Positions 1-11,964 of a stretch of 64,000 nt of DNA are shown in pieces. The DNA comes from Flectonema sp. DT1601 (Eukaryota), in contig OZ025782.1 of NCBI GenBank assembly GCA_964019425.1, positions 744,001 to 808,000 of the forward strand, in the 5' to 3' direction. A program made the position numbers and the translations under genes. The number at the start of each line of letters is the position of its first letter. Positions within the stretch are counted from its first letter, which is position 1. Below the pieces are notes generated by a model that did not search any database, had not been told where the DNA came from, and saw only the letters and a list, made by a program, of their open reading frames with translations.

Positions 1-2103
1 ACAGCCTGTCATCAGTGTGGTTGTACAGATACCACGAAGATATATTCATTCCCTGCAGTGACCTGTTTATCTTCTTCTGGTTCATGTACAGATCCAACAG
101 GTGTTGCTACTTGTTCTGGATTATCAACATGTTCTAAAGTATCAACGCCTCCTCCAGGACAGTATTGTGGTTGTCGTAGATATATTCATCCTCTTACTAG
201 TAATATGGGAAACTCTTTGTTGTGTATTAGTCAAGCAGGGGATTGCTATGTCTCTACATCTGGTAGGTGTGCTGCTGGTCTGAGTCTCTGCCACCAATGT
301 GGATGTGGAACACTGCAAGGGAATAATGAAGAAACTGAAGGAGCAACGTTCTGCATTAGTAAAGTGACAAACCAATGCACTTTATCACCTTCGAGAACAT
401 GCGACTTATCAGAACAACGTTGTCAAACAACTGCTTTGAGTAACTCGAGTGATGTCACTCCACAACAAGCATGTGGATGTGGAGATACTTCATTACGAGG
501 AATAGTATGTGTTCACGGTAATCCTGTTAATGGAATAAAATGCAGTGATCCAATTGAAGTAGGAGAGCTTCTAACTTGTCCAGATGGCGCTTTTATCTGC
601 GCAGCAACATCAGCAAATCAACTGGAACGTCTTACTTTTAGTACCTCTGTCAGTTCAGTTGTTGACAAGACTGTCTTCGATTCCTTAGTGACTGAGATGG
701 CTAAGCACAGTGTTACCCTAAAGCTGGACATATCATGTCCCGCAACTGCTTTTCAGTGTACAGAGTTACCTTGTTCGTTCGCACGTCCTGATATGGTGAA
801 TAGAGGTTGTACTGATTACAGACCACTCAATGGTATTCCTTTACAGAGAAGTATTGAAGTTCAACAACAATCACCATCGCCTACAACTAAAATATTAGAC
901 TTTTACTTAACATCAACATCAGGTGACAGTGTTCAAAATATAAGAAACGCGAGAAGCGCGGTGGCCACACAATTATCAGCATTTGGTGCTTCTGGGTACC
1001 TAGTCTTAGCTCCTGGTGGTATTATTGTGAGAGCTGTGACACCAACACCTACTATTGCTGTGTTTACTTCAAGTAGTAGTTCAAAATCGTGTGAAACTGC
1101 TTGTATTGTAGTTATTATCTTCATAGTGTTGTTTGCAATAGCCATTGCTGCTATCTTATATTGGAAATGTATTCTTAAGAAACCTTTTTGTTTTGGAGAT
1201 GATGAATCAAACGACAAGGCTGAAGAAGGAATGATCCCCGTAGCAGGAATAGTAACAACTCGTAATCTTGGAGTAGAGGCAGCTGGAATGGCTTTTCCTC
1301 AACGATCAAACCCAATGGATCGATTACATGAAATGTCAATAAATAATACTCGAAATGCTGGTAATACACCTGCTGTGATAGATGTCCCTGAAAACGGTTG
1401 GCAGATTGGAGCTGCCTGTGAAGCTGAATACCACGGCTCTTGGCATCCAGCAACCATCACTGACTTCGATGGAGAACTTTATGAAGTTAAATGGACTGAA
1501 GATGACACTTTATCAAAAGTTCTACCAGCAGAACTCCGTGCTCACACCTCAATAATTGACACCGCTATTGCTGCTGGAGCAGTGCCGGTACCGTCGGGTG
1601 CAACTCCAGTCGTTGAGGCGACGGAATCTGGTGTTGCTATTCCGATATCAGAGGTAGTCGGTGATCCAGTTGATACTCCACAGAAATCTGAGAATGATCA
1701 AATAAACAAGGGACTGGAAAGTATAACTAGCGGTAACGGCTTTGCGCAACCCATTTCAAGTGCAGCAGAGGGTACAGCCCCTGATGGTTTTGCACAACCC
1801 GTTTCGAGTGTAGTGGAGGGCGCAGCACAACCCGTTTCGAGTGCAGTAGAGGGAGGTCTTGCGCAACCCGTTTCGAGTGTAGTGGAGGGAGGCTTTGCAC
1901 AACCCGTTTCGAGTGTAGTGGAGGGAGGCTTTGCACAACCCGTTTCAAGCACATTAGGAGGAGCGATACCTGATGGTGCGCAATCCGTATCGGCACCGCA
2001 AGCCGCGGTGCCTATTCCAAGCGAAGTGGCAGAATCCATTGTTGCTTCACCTGACGTCGTCGTTCCCAATGCAGCAAGCGGACTCGATGACGAGTGGGAT
2101 TAG
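1..2103 (+). CDS. Cys-rich type I membrane protein with cytoplasmic Tudor/Agenet-like domain and C-terminal 12-aa repeats (5'-truncated)
   Basis: Frame is open from base 1 (TACHQCGCTDTT...), so the start lies upstream of the window. Repeated CGC/CxxC modules; hydrophobic helix IVVIIFIVLFAIAIAAILYW (~1105-1165) followed by KCILKK; WQIGAACEAEYHGSWHPATITDFDGELYEVKW resembles Tudor/Agenet; stop TAG ends at 2103. Confidence 0.8.
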   Translation, partial: TACHQCGCTDTTKIYSFPAVTCLSSSGSCTDPTGVATCSGLSTCSKVSTPPPGQYCGCRRYIHPLTSNMGNSLLCISQAGDCYVSTSGRCAAGLSLCHQCGCGTLQGNNEETEGATFCISKVTNQCTLSPSRTCDLSEQRCQTTALSNSSDVTPQQACGCGDTSLRGIVCVHGNPVNGIKCSDPIEVGELLTCPDGAFICAATSANQLERLTFSTSVSSVVDKTVFDSLVTEMAKHSVTLKLDISCPATAFQCTELPCSFARPDMVNRGCTDYRPLNGIPLQRSIEVQQQSPSPTTKILDFYLTSTSGDSVQNIRNARSAVATQLSAFGASGYLVLAPGGIIVRAVTPTPTIAVFTSSSSSKSCETACIVVIIFIVLFAIAIAAILYWKCILKKPFCFGDDESNDKAEEGMIPVAGIVTTRNLGVEAAGMAFPQRSNPMDRLHEMSINNTRNAGNTPAVIDVPENGWQIGAACEAEYHGSWHPATITDFDGELYEVKWTEDDTLSKVLPAELRAHTSIIDTAIAAGAVPVPSGATPVVEATESGVAIPISEVVGDPVDTPQKSENDQINKGLESITSGNGFAQPISSAAEGTAPDGFAQPVSSVVEGAAQPVSSAVEGGLAQPVSSVVEGGFAQPVSSVVEGGFAQPVSSTLGGAIPDGAQSVSAPQAAVPIPSEVAESIVASPDVVVPNAASGLDDEWD
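1738..1960 (+). repeat. Intragenic ~36-nt tandem repeat encoding FAQPVSSVVEGG, about 6 degenerate copies
   Basis: gcacaacccgtttcgagtgtagtggagggaggcttt recurs directly in the sequence. Confidence 0.9.
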
Positions 2104-2197
2104 GCGATGGTTCTAAAATTATTTTATACATAATTATTAATATTATTGAATTGTATTCGGTTCAATTATATTTGGGTTTCTTTTTTTTCAAACCAAC

Positions 2198-2228
<31 letters not shown>

Positions 2229-3169
2229 AGAAGAAAAAAAACCTGTCCACCGTCTTCCTTAGCCGTAGCTTGAAGTTTTGTTTTTGTGTTGGTTTGTAAG
2301 ATTAAGAGGATTTTTGTTTAAAAAAGAGAAAAATAATAAATCCTTGTTGTGAACAAACAACGGAATCGACTGAACTTTACCAGCTCTGTGGTAGTCCGTT
2401 ATTCCCCCGTATTAGTATTAGGTAGCATGAATAATTTATTATTATTTATTATTCTTCCCATCGGTCTTGATCCTTGTTTTTTTTTTTTTTTTTTAAATTA
2501 TTTTCGTATTTGGTTTCTTCACGTAGTTAGTTAGTTAGCTTTTTTTTTTTTTTTTTTTTACATATCCAGTCTTAGTGTTGTGTTAACATGACTTGGTTGA
2601 TCCAACTCCCTCCTGCGAAGGAAATAGTTCCTTCCCATTCATTTTTCCTATTTATCGATACTGAGATCTTTAATGCATGCTGTCTCCAGAATAATAAAAT
2701 AACAGGCGTGGAACTCTCTTCTTCCTTATGATGAAGAATATATGCCCGCTGATGTTTTCGGATAAAAAAAAAAAAAAAAAAAAAACTTCCGAGTCATCTG
2801 TAGTACGAAAACCCCTGTACCAGCCTGGGAATTCGTCCTTATAAAAAGACTTATGAAAAAAATATATAAAAAATAGAATGATCTCTATTTTAATGCTGTT
2901 GTTAAGTTTTTTTTTTTTTTTTTTTTTTTTTTGATTTCTCCTGTTCTCTACCAAGCTTAGCAATGGTGGTTTCTTCTCTATTCGAGTACAAGGAAGAAAG
3001 TTTTTTTTTATACTTTTTAATGAAAAGGTTTATTAATTTATATCTAAAGAGCAACAAAAAAACAATGAGGTCACTTCTTTAAAAAGAGTAAAAAAGATAC
3101 CTTTTGGTTTTTTTGTAAAATAAAATAAATAATATTTTCCAATCTTCTTCTCAGGAGGAAACCGTTCCA

Positions 3170-4477
<1,308 letters not shown>

Positions 4478-6261
4478 CTATTGAAGCTTTTCTCTGGACC
4501 TACGATCATGTACCAGTGCTAGCAGATCACATTGAGCTAGACGCGCACACGTTCTACGTGAAGCAGCAACTAAACCAAGGGGTTTTATTTAAATCGAAGT
4601 AGTTCCTTCTTTGATTTTCTTTCCACCCAGAGCAATGTCCTCTCGGAATATACATCGTAGTCACTTTATTATGCGACTTTTCTATTTTTTTTTTCTCTTT
4701 CTCTTTCGCTTTGTTTGTGTGATTTTATTTTTTATTTTTTATTATTTTTCCCTCTTTTTTTTCGTTCACTCATATATCTTACTTTTCACATATTAAAAAA
4801 AAATATAATTATTTAAAAAAAAAACAAAATATATATCCCATTTTGTGAAGAAGAGCTCTCCTCCAGTTTTCTTCTACAATCAAGCAACAACCAGGGAAAA
4901 AGAAATGTTCTGCCATTCTGCGCTCAATTCACTTGTTAAAAAGTTCAATGTGATAATAATAAGTTTGGTGGTATGCAAGCGGAAGTTCTTCTTTTAAGAC
5001 TGTATTTCCCTGACATCAGTTGAACTACCAAATGAATTATTGTGAGCAGAATCATGCCACAACGACTCGTTGCTGCTGATACGTTTATATCATGTCTTAA
5101 ATTCGTAATAATAGCGGATATTCGAGTTTTTATTTTTTTTTTTTTAAACCCTATGTTTCGCTGAAGCCCTTCAGGTGAGCGAACGAAAAGAAAAGGGTCT
5201 ACAACGCAGTTTGTTATAAAACAGTATTGTCTGATTTTAGGAATTACAAGTATTCTCCATATCCGACTTTGTGCCATTTCACCTTAGCACGATTTGACTT
5301 CATGTGTACATGTTGTGTGTTTTTGTTTTTGTTTTAATTCTCTCATCGTAAATAAAAAGTAGAAAAAAAGAAAAAAAAAAAAGAAGAAAGAATGAAAAAA
5401 AAAAAAAAAAAAAAAAAAGGGTCGATGTGTCGAGCTTGTATTGTGATCATAAAAGAATGATTATTTACCGTGAGGTGTGAAAGAACCCCCAACAAACGAG
5501 TGTGTTTCACAACCGAACGTCGTTGGCTGCCAAGATTAATTAAATTTAAGTAAAAAACTTGTTTTTACTGATAAAGCTCTCGGCATCCCTTTTAATATTA
5601 TTCTGTCTTGGTTTGGTATAGGCTGCTTGCTAAGTACGTAAATCTGTTGCTTTCCATTATTTAAGTGGCATCTTCCTTAGTAAAGATGTCAGCTTGTTGA
5701 CTGAAACAGATTTCATACTACGGTTCTCCCCCTTCGTGCTATCTACCTCCTCACTGTGGTCCAATTGTTAGGAAAATACTTTTGAGAGTATTTTCTTTTT
5801 ACCTTTATTAAGGTTTGTTGCGCAACAGATGCCTGTGTACCTCCTAAACAGGTCACCACGCTACAGAAAATTGTCCAACATTGGCAATAATGATAAGTAG
5901 GTGGGTGTCCTTGTGGTCTTTTTATTTACCACGATATTTTATTTTGCAATCGTGTACTACGCTGCCGCTGTTTCAGTGTGTAAGACCAAAAAAAAAAAAA
6001 AAAAAAAAAGTATCAATTACCAACCCTGCTATTAATACGAAAAAAAAAAAAAAAAAAAAAAAGTAAGTATTCAAAGATACTGAAAACAATAAACAGAACA
6101 GCAAAACCTGCTTTCAATGAGTATAAGCATATCCTCCAAAAAAAAAAAAAAAAATGAAAGCTGCATTAGCAAGGTGCGTTAATACAGGCATTCTGTTTTT
6201 AATCATTTTAATGAACTACAGTTAATCTGGTATTGCTTTATCACACAGGTAAGGATACACA

Positions 6262-7791
6262 ATGCCAGAGAATACACGTGACCTCGCCGTGTCAATCGCT
6301 TCTGAAGCTGTTGAGCTTGACAGAAATGGAAATTACGAAGAAGCGATGCATAAATACATTAGAGCACTTGAATACTTTAATGTGAGTATTAAACATGAAA
6401 GAAGTGAACAGATCAAATCGATACTAAGAGCAAAGGCTATTGAATACATGGATCGCGCAGAGGCGATAAAAAATAGTTTGGGATCAGCACCTGCAAAGCA
6501 ACCAGCAGACAATGGAAGCAAGAACACAACCGACACATCCCCTGAAAACGATCTTCCTGTTTCACTCACAGCTGATGAACTATCTGCCGCAACTGAAGAG
6601 ATGGAAAGAGACTTAGCAAAACTTATTGGTATGGAGTCTGTTAAAAATGAAATGAGAAATCTCTGTAAGACACTTCAACTTGACATTATTCGTAAGAACA
6701 ACGGACAAGACGTTCTCATGCCAATCAGACACATGACATTCACTGGAAACCCTGGTACTGGAAAGACCACTATCGCAAGAATTGTAGGCAAACTATTTAA
6801 GAGTCTAGGAATATCAAGAAATGACCGCGTTGTTGAAGTACAGAAATCAGACTTAGTAAGTGGATTCGTTAACCAGACTGGTGCAAAGACTCGGGAAAAG
6901 ATCAGAGAAGCAGCTGGAGGAGTTCTCTTCGTTGATGAAGCTTATCAGTTGACTGATGCATTATCAAGAGGTCAATCAGACATGGGAGGAGAAGCAGTCG
7001 ATGAAATGATGCGAGTCATGAATGACTCTGGACCAGATGCTGTCACCTTCGTCTTTGCCGGCTACAGAGATTCCATTGAACGTTTTATTGATTACAATGC
7101 TGGTCTACAATCTAGAATTCGTTATACGTTTCACTTCGATGATTACTTACCCTGTGAAATAGTTCAAATCCTTCAGGTAAAACTTCAGACCAAAGGTTGG
7201 AAGCTCTCCCCCGCAGTCAATCAAAACTTAGCCGGCATCATAGAAAGCGGAACTACGGGTGCTCTCCGTTCAAAATATAATGGAAGGCTTGTAGATAATG
7301 TTGTTCAGTGGGCTGCTGATTCTCTGAATGGCAGGTTGTCGATAACAGCAACTGCAGAAGATTTAATTACACTCGACATTATGGACTTTCAGTATGCCTT
7401 TTCACGTTTTGAAAAGCCCAGCAATCCCGCCAGCAACATTACCAGTCGAAAACCTGCTTCCCGCAACACTGTTGAAGGATTTCTCGAAGCAGCTGCCTGC
7501 AGTGAATATATCAGTTTTTTTATTTCTCACAAAGTTGACTTTGCCACACTTATTCAACTCACTTATGATGATTTAAAAGAGATTGGAATGGCTGAGGTTG
7601 GACCTCGTCGTCGCCTTTACAACACAATTGAATGCAAACGTGAGGAGACCAACGTCTTAATGGCACTGAACAGAGCCCCATCAGTCAGCTCTCCTTCCAC
7701 TGATGAGGACCTAACTAGTCGACTACTTGGGAGACTTGATAAGCTCAAAGGGGACTCTGATAGCAACTACAACAGTCCTCAGTATATGTAG
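6262..7791 (+). CDS. MIT domain - CbbX/SpoVK-type AAA+ ATPase - SAM domain protein
   Basis: N-terminal Vps4-like MIT (AVELDRNGNYEEAMHKYIRALEYF...EYMDRAEAIK). Walker A GNPGTGKT, Walker B GGVLFVDEAY, and LIGMESVK, FAGY, NAGLQSRI, NGR motifs of the CbbX/SpoVK clade. C-terminal LTYDDLKEIGMAEVGPRRRL is a SAM signature. Confidence 0.85.
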   Translation: MPENTRDLAVSIASEAVELDRNGNYEEAMHKYIRALEYFNVSIKHERSEQIKSILRAKAIEYMDRAEAIKNSLGSAPAKQPADNGSKNTTDTSPENDLPVSLTADELSAATEEMERDLAKLIGMESVKNEMRNLCKTLQLDIIRKNNGQDVLMPIRHMTFTGNPGTGKTTIARIVGKLFKSLGISRNDRVVEVQKSDLVSGFVNQTGAKTREKIREAAGGVLFVDEAYQLTDALSRGQSDMGGEAVDEMMRVMNDSGPDAVTFVFAGYRDSIERFIDYNAGLQSRIRYTFHFDDYLPCEIVQILQVKLQTKGWKLSPAVNQNLAGIIESGTTGALRSKYNGRLVDNVVQWAADSLNGRLSITATAEDLITLDIMDFQYAFSRFEKPSNPASNITSRKPASRNTVEGFLEAAACSEYISFFISHKVDFATLIQLTYDDLKEIGMAEVGPRRRLYNTIECKREETNVLMALNRAPSVSSPSTDEDLTSRLLGRLDKLKGDSDSNYNSPQYM

Positions 7792-8499
7792 CGTTGTTAG
7801 TACTTTGTAAAATAGAAGTAAGTTTTCCGAGACATGTTACGAAAACCTCTTCGAGTTGCTCTGTTGTTTGTGTTGGTATTAATCTTAGCTATGAAAAAAA
7901 TAATGAAATAAAAAAAGGGAAAAAATCAGACAATTCCGACAGAGAGAGAAAGAGGAGTTTTGTTCTGGTTCGATATGGGAGGATACATACAAATACACAA
8001 AGAAACGAAAAAAAAAAAAAGAAACACAAAGAAAAGAAAGAAAGATATATCGTTATTTTCAAAATTCCGGACTGTTATGTCGCAGATGTTTTAAAAGAAT
8101 CCTTTTTCTACTTCGACTCAATGTAACTGTTTCCCTCATTCTTTTCTTCTTATGTTTTTTGGAAGTGAGTTGTCCGTACCTACCGTTCGGGTTTGAATTT
8201 TATTTTTAGTATTAAAAAACATTTTATGTGATTTGTGTGATAGTTTGTTAACCTTACTCTTTATCTACTTTAAGCGTTTACCCAATTTGCTAGCCTCGGG
8301 AAACCTATGGAAGGATTTGGTATTTATTAACCAGAAGTTATGAATAATTATTAGTATTATTATCCAACTGCAGGATAACACATCATGAAATAAACAAGAT
8401 TCGTCACGGTGGTCTACTTATCGTCGTCGCGTTGCTAGTCTCGGAAAACCTTTGAAATTATCACATTACTATCACTCTTTATCAGAGCATAAAAATGAG

Positions 8500-10650
8500 A
8501 TGTACGAAACCTGCAATACTCCAACATGCCAGGCTAAACTGACGGATGTGACTATGAGATTTCACGAGTTGGCTACAGAGAACTCGAGACTGCGAAGTGA
8601 GATTCCGAGGCTGCGTGAGAAAGATGAAAAGATTCATTATTTGAACGCACAACTTGAAAAATCGAATGAAATAACAAAGCAACTCCAAGAAACAGAACTC
8701 AAATACAACACCGGAAAGAGAGAATTTGAAAAACTTCGAGTCCAAATGAGAGAACTCACATTCATAGCAGCCAGCGCACAAGAAATCCAATCACAATATG
8801 AAATAGCCAACAGGAGCGCGAAGACTTATAAAGTTCAAAATGAAGCTCTACATGGTGAAGTGAAGAACCTACAAGACATCATTCTTCGTAAAACACAAGA
8901 AAGTGATGACACATTCACTGAGAACACACAACAGGCAAAGTTATTATGTAAAACAACAACTGAAGGAGAAAGATTATCAACAGAAAACGCTGCACTACAA
9001 AATGATGTTTGCGACCTTCGTGAAGTCATCCATCACAAGAACAAGGAACAAGACGCTATGACGATACGAACTGAAAGTGAAATAACACACTTAGAAACTG
9101 AAATTAACAACTTACGAACTGAGTTAGAACTATATCAAAACAGTGATGTGGAACAATTGATATCAAATCTTAAAAATGAGTGTTCAGATTTACGACAACA
9201 GTTGGTCATCACAACCACATCATTACACCAATTACGAAATGATATCTTTAAGAAGGAGGAACTATCCACTCAATTGGTCGCAAAATTAGAAGCTTCTCAA
9301 TTCATCTTGGAGGCCCGTAATGAAGAAATTGGATCTCTTCGAGACGAAATAAACCCATTGGGAGAAATGCTTGGGACAAAAACACAACAATTAGCACAAG
9401 CAAGTGAGGAATTAAAACAATTACGCAATCAGAAGTGTAGTCCGTCATCAACTGAAAGATCAGAGATTGCTGAACTAGAACGTGAGAATCGAATACTTCT
9501 TGAGAGGCTTAATTCACAACCTGCTGTCTCAAATAGATCGACTGAACTCTTGTTGGGTAATATGACTCACGATAACGAGAGTCTAAAAAACTTAATTCAC
9601 GATCATATGAAAAAGATTACTTCACTGGAAGAAGAAAACCAACAAACAAAACAACAACTAAATAACAATTCTCAAAAAACTTTGATACTCGAATCAAAGT
9701 ATCAGGAAGCATCAAGGGAATGTATTTACTTAAAAGACATGTTGGTGGTGATGAATACTCGAAATTGTCAACCGATTGGTAAACAAGAATCCGAACACAT
9801 TGAAATTGAAAATGAAGTTCTAAAATTAGAACTACAAGAAATCCAATCCGTTGCTACTAATTCCCAACATAGGATTCGAGAATTACAAAAAGAGTTATCA
9901 AATCTAAAGGAACAGCTCTCATGTAATGATGACTTCCAACCGTCAGAAGGCGATATTAACGATGATGGGTTTCAGCTACCAGTTGACTCTGCAGCCAGCA
10001 GTAATATTCAACCTCTGCAAACAACAGAAAGTACCTATTGCGATCCTTCAGAAGATGGTACTCCATTAGATGACCCAACAATAGTTACCAAACACACAGA
10101 TCTGTTCCAAACAACAGAAAGTACTCATTGTGATCCTTCAGAAGATGGTACTCCATTAGATGATAAAAAGACCACAACAATAACTAATTCCTCTCCGATC
10201 TCAGTCGATTTCGGACTCAAAGAAATGGACTCGACATCGAATCCAAATATATCACCGCTACATGTAACTCCAGTCAGTTCAGTTCGATCCTCGACGGAAG
10301 ATTATCCTGAGTCTCAAAACGACCATGAAATTGGGAGAGAGATAAATCGTATATTGGAAAACAGCAGAAGAAATGAGTCAGAACCTGATGTCAGTGAACA
10401 ATGTGTTATAGAGAAAAAGCAGGACTATGTTAAGGTTGATGCTTTGGAAGCTGAACACAGAAAGTTACAACATGCGATTCAGGAATTACAACCCTACTCC
10501 GTACCAGAGATTGACAGTTCTGAATCACAATCCCTACTGACACCTCGAAATAATAATACCAAAGAGTTACCTGATGAGCAGGTACCTAACAAAGATTGGG
10601 ATCAGCAAATAAGAAGAGTTGCTATGATGCAACATGTTGTTATTTCATAA
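8500..10650 (+). CDS. Coiled-coil protein of unknown function with acidic disordered tail
   Basis: Long heptad-rich ORF; first in-frame ATG at 8500 follows tttatcag; internal duplication at 10018-10073 and 10108-10163. Confidence 0.75.
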   Translation: MYETCNTPTCQAKLTDVTMRFHELATENSRLRSEIPRLREKDEKIHYLNAQLEKSNEITKQLQETELKYNTGKREFEKLRVQMRELTFIAASAQEIQSQYEIANRSAKTYKVQNEALHGEVKNLQDIILRKTQESDDTFTENTQQAKLLCKTTTEGERLSTENAALQNDVCDLREVIHHKNKEQDAMTIRTESEITHLETEINNLRTELELYQNSDVEQLISNLKNECSDLRQQLVITTTSLHQLRNDIFKKEELSTQLVAKLEASQFILEARNEEIGSLRDEINPLGEMLGTKTQQLAQASEELKQLRNQKCSPSSTERSEIAELERENRILLERLNSQPAVSNRSTELLLGNMTHDNESLKNLIHDHMKKITSLEEENQQTKQQLNNNSQKTLILESKYQEASRECIYLKDMLVVMNTRNCQPIGKQESEHIEIENEVLKLELQEIQSVATNSQHRIRELQKELSNLKEQLSCNDDFQPSEGDINDDGFQLPVDSAASSNIQPLQTTESTYCDPSEDGTPLDDPTIVTKHTDLFQTTESTHCDPSEDGTPLDDKKTTTITNSSPISVDFGLKEMDSTSNPNISPLHVTPVSSVRSSTEDYPESQNDHEIGREINRILENSRRNESEPDVSEQCVIEKKQDYVKVDALEAEHRKLQHAIQELQPYSVPEIDSSESQSLLTPRNNNTKELPDEQVPNKDWDQQIRRVAMMQHVVIS
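10018..10163 (+). repeat. Intragenic ~56-nt duplication (QTTEST[YH]CDPSEDGTPLDD) with 90-nt period
   Basis: Two near-identical copies visible at 10018-10073 and 10108-10163. Confidence 0.9.
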
Positions 10651-10876
10651 AAAAAATATTACTGCAGTCTATCTCTCAATAGACTTTTTGTTTTTTTAGT
10701 TAAGTTGAGAAATTTTCTTCTTTTTTTCGATGTGTTTTTTTTTAAATTCATATTGCGAAAGCAATTGCATCGCTACATAGATTGTATTAACTGGTAATAG
10801 TGTTTTTGGGTTTTGGTTATTTTTTTAAAAAAGTATATTCTAAGCAGGTGTACCCCTGAGCAGAGCACGAAGTGAG

Positions 10877-11620
10877 ATGCCGGTAGTTCGGAAAGTTCAT
10901 CGTAGCTTTACAGTGGGATCGGTGACAATTCGAATTGTTGAGGGAGACATCACTTCAGCCACAACTGAAGTGATAGTCAACGCCGCTAATATGTTGAGTT
11001 TCACTCCAATGGATTGTGGCGTGTCAGGTGCCCTTCGAAACGCTTGCAAACCAGACAACGTAACTGGAAAAGAGAAGCGCTGGTGGAATGACGAAGGAAC
11101 CGAACACAACACTAAAAAGGTTCCAACAACATATGTTGGACTACAAGAAGCAGCGGGGGGATTAAAAGAAAATGGAGTAAAGTTTATAGGTCACGCTGTT
11201 GGTCCTATTTGGAGTGACTACCCACTCAATGATAAAGTTTTTAAAGTTGTGATGCCGAAGATAAAAGTTACGATCCGTCGTGCTCTTGACCTAACTAAAA
11301 GAGTAGGCGCATCATCGTGTACATTACCTGCTGTGAGTGGAGGGATCTTCACTCACTGGAGTCTAACTTCTGATATCAAATCTCGGGAGCAACGTGCAGC
11401 TCGTTATGCAGCCTGTCAAGCTGTCTTCACGTGGGCAACCAAGAATCAGAATACTTCTGTTACAGATATTGAACTAATAGATTTATCTCGTAGACAGAAA
11501 GGATGCATTCACTTCTTTGCCGATGCATTTGATGCTTCTGTTACTCAATATAACGAAGAGAATGAAGAAACACTTCCTACTTCAAAAGATGAAAAAGACA
11601 CCAGCAGTCTAACGACATGA
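10877..11620 (+). CDS. Macro domain (ADP-ribose binding/hydrolase-like) protein
   Basis: IVEGDIT, VIVNAAN, CGVSGAL, IGHAVGP and LPAVSGGIF macrodomain motifs. Confidence 0.88.
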   Translation: MPVVRKVHRSFTVGSVTIRIVEGDITSATTEVIVNAANMLSFTPMDCGVSGALRNACKPDNVTGKEKRWWNDEGTEHNTKKVPTTYVGLQEAAGGLKENGVKFIGHAVGPIWSDYPLNDKVFKVVMPKIKVTIRRALDLTKRVGASSCTLPAVSGGIFTHWSLTSDIKSREQRAARYAACQAVFTWATKNQNTSVTDIELIDLSRRQKGCIHFFADAFDASVTQYNEENEETLPTSKDEKDTSSLTT

Positions 11621-11964
11621 GCAGATTTACTTTGAACCAATAGATGATCCTATTTGTGCTCTCAATACTTGCCCGGGTGCACACTGTTTTCGATTATCGA
11701 GGGGGGAGTTAATCCCCACGCGGTAAATACAAATATTTAGAATCTAAATAAAGGCTTTCCGGAAGATACCAATTTTCCAAACGGCCTACTCAGTTTTGAT
11801 TAGTTCAGATTGTATGATAACAGAGATTGACGTAGTGCATACAGAACACTGCAGTCTTATCTTTTATTATGAACTTGTTCTCGTAATTAATAATTATACT
11901 ATTTCTACACTCAGGGTCATCCCCTCCCCATTCCTTTTTCTCAATAACAAAAGTAAATGACCTA

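Noticed and set aside
1698..2069. Minus-strand repeat ORFs (LETGCAKPP etc.)
   Set aside because: Antisense shadows of the 36-nt coding repeat.
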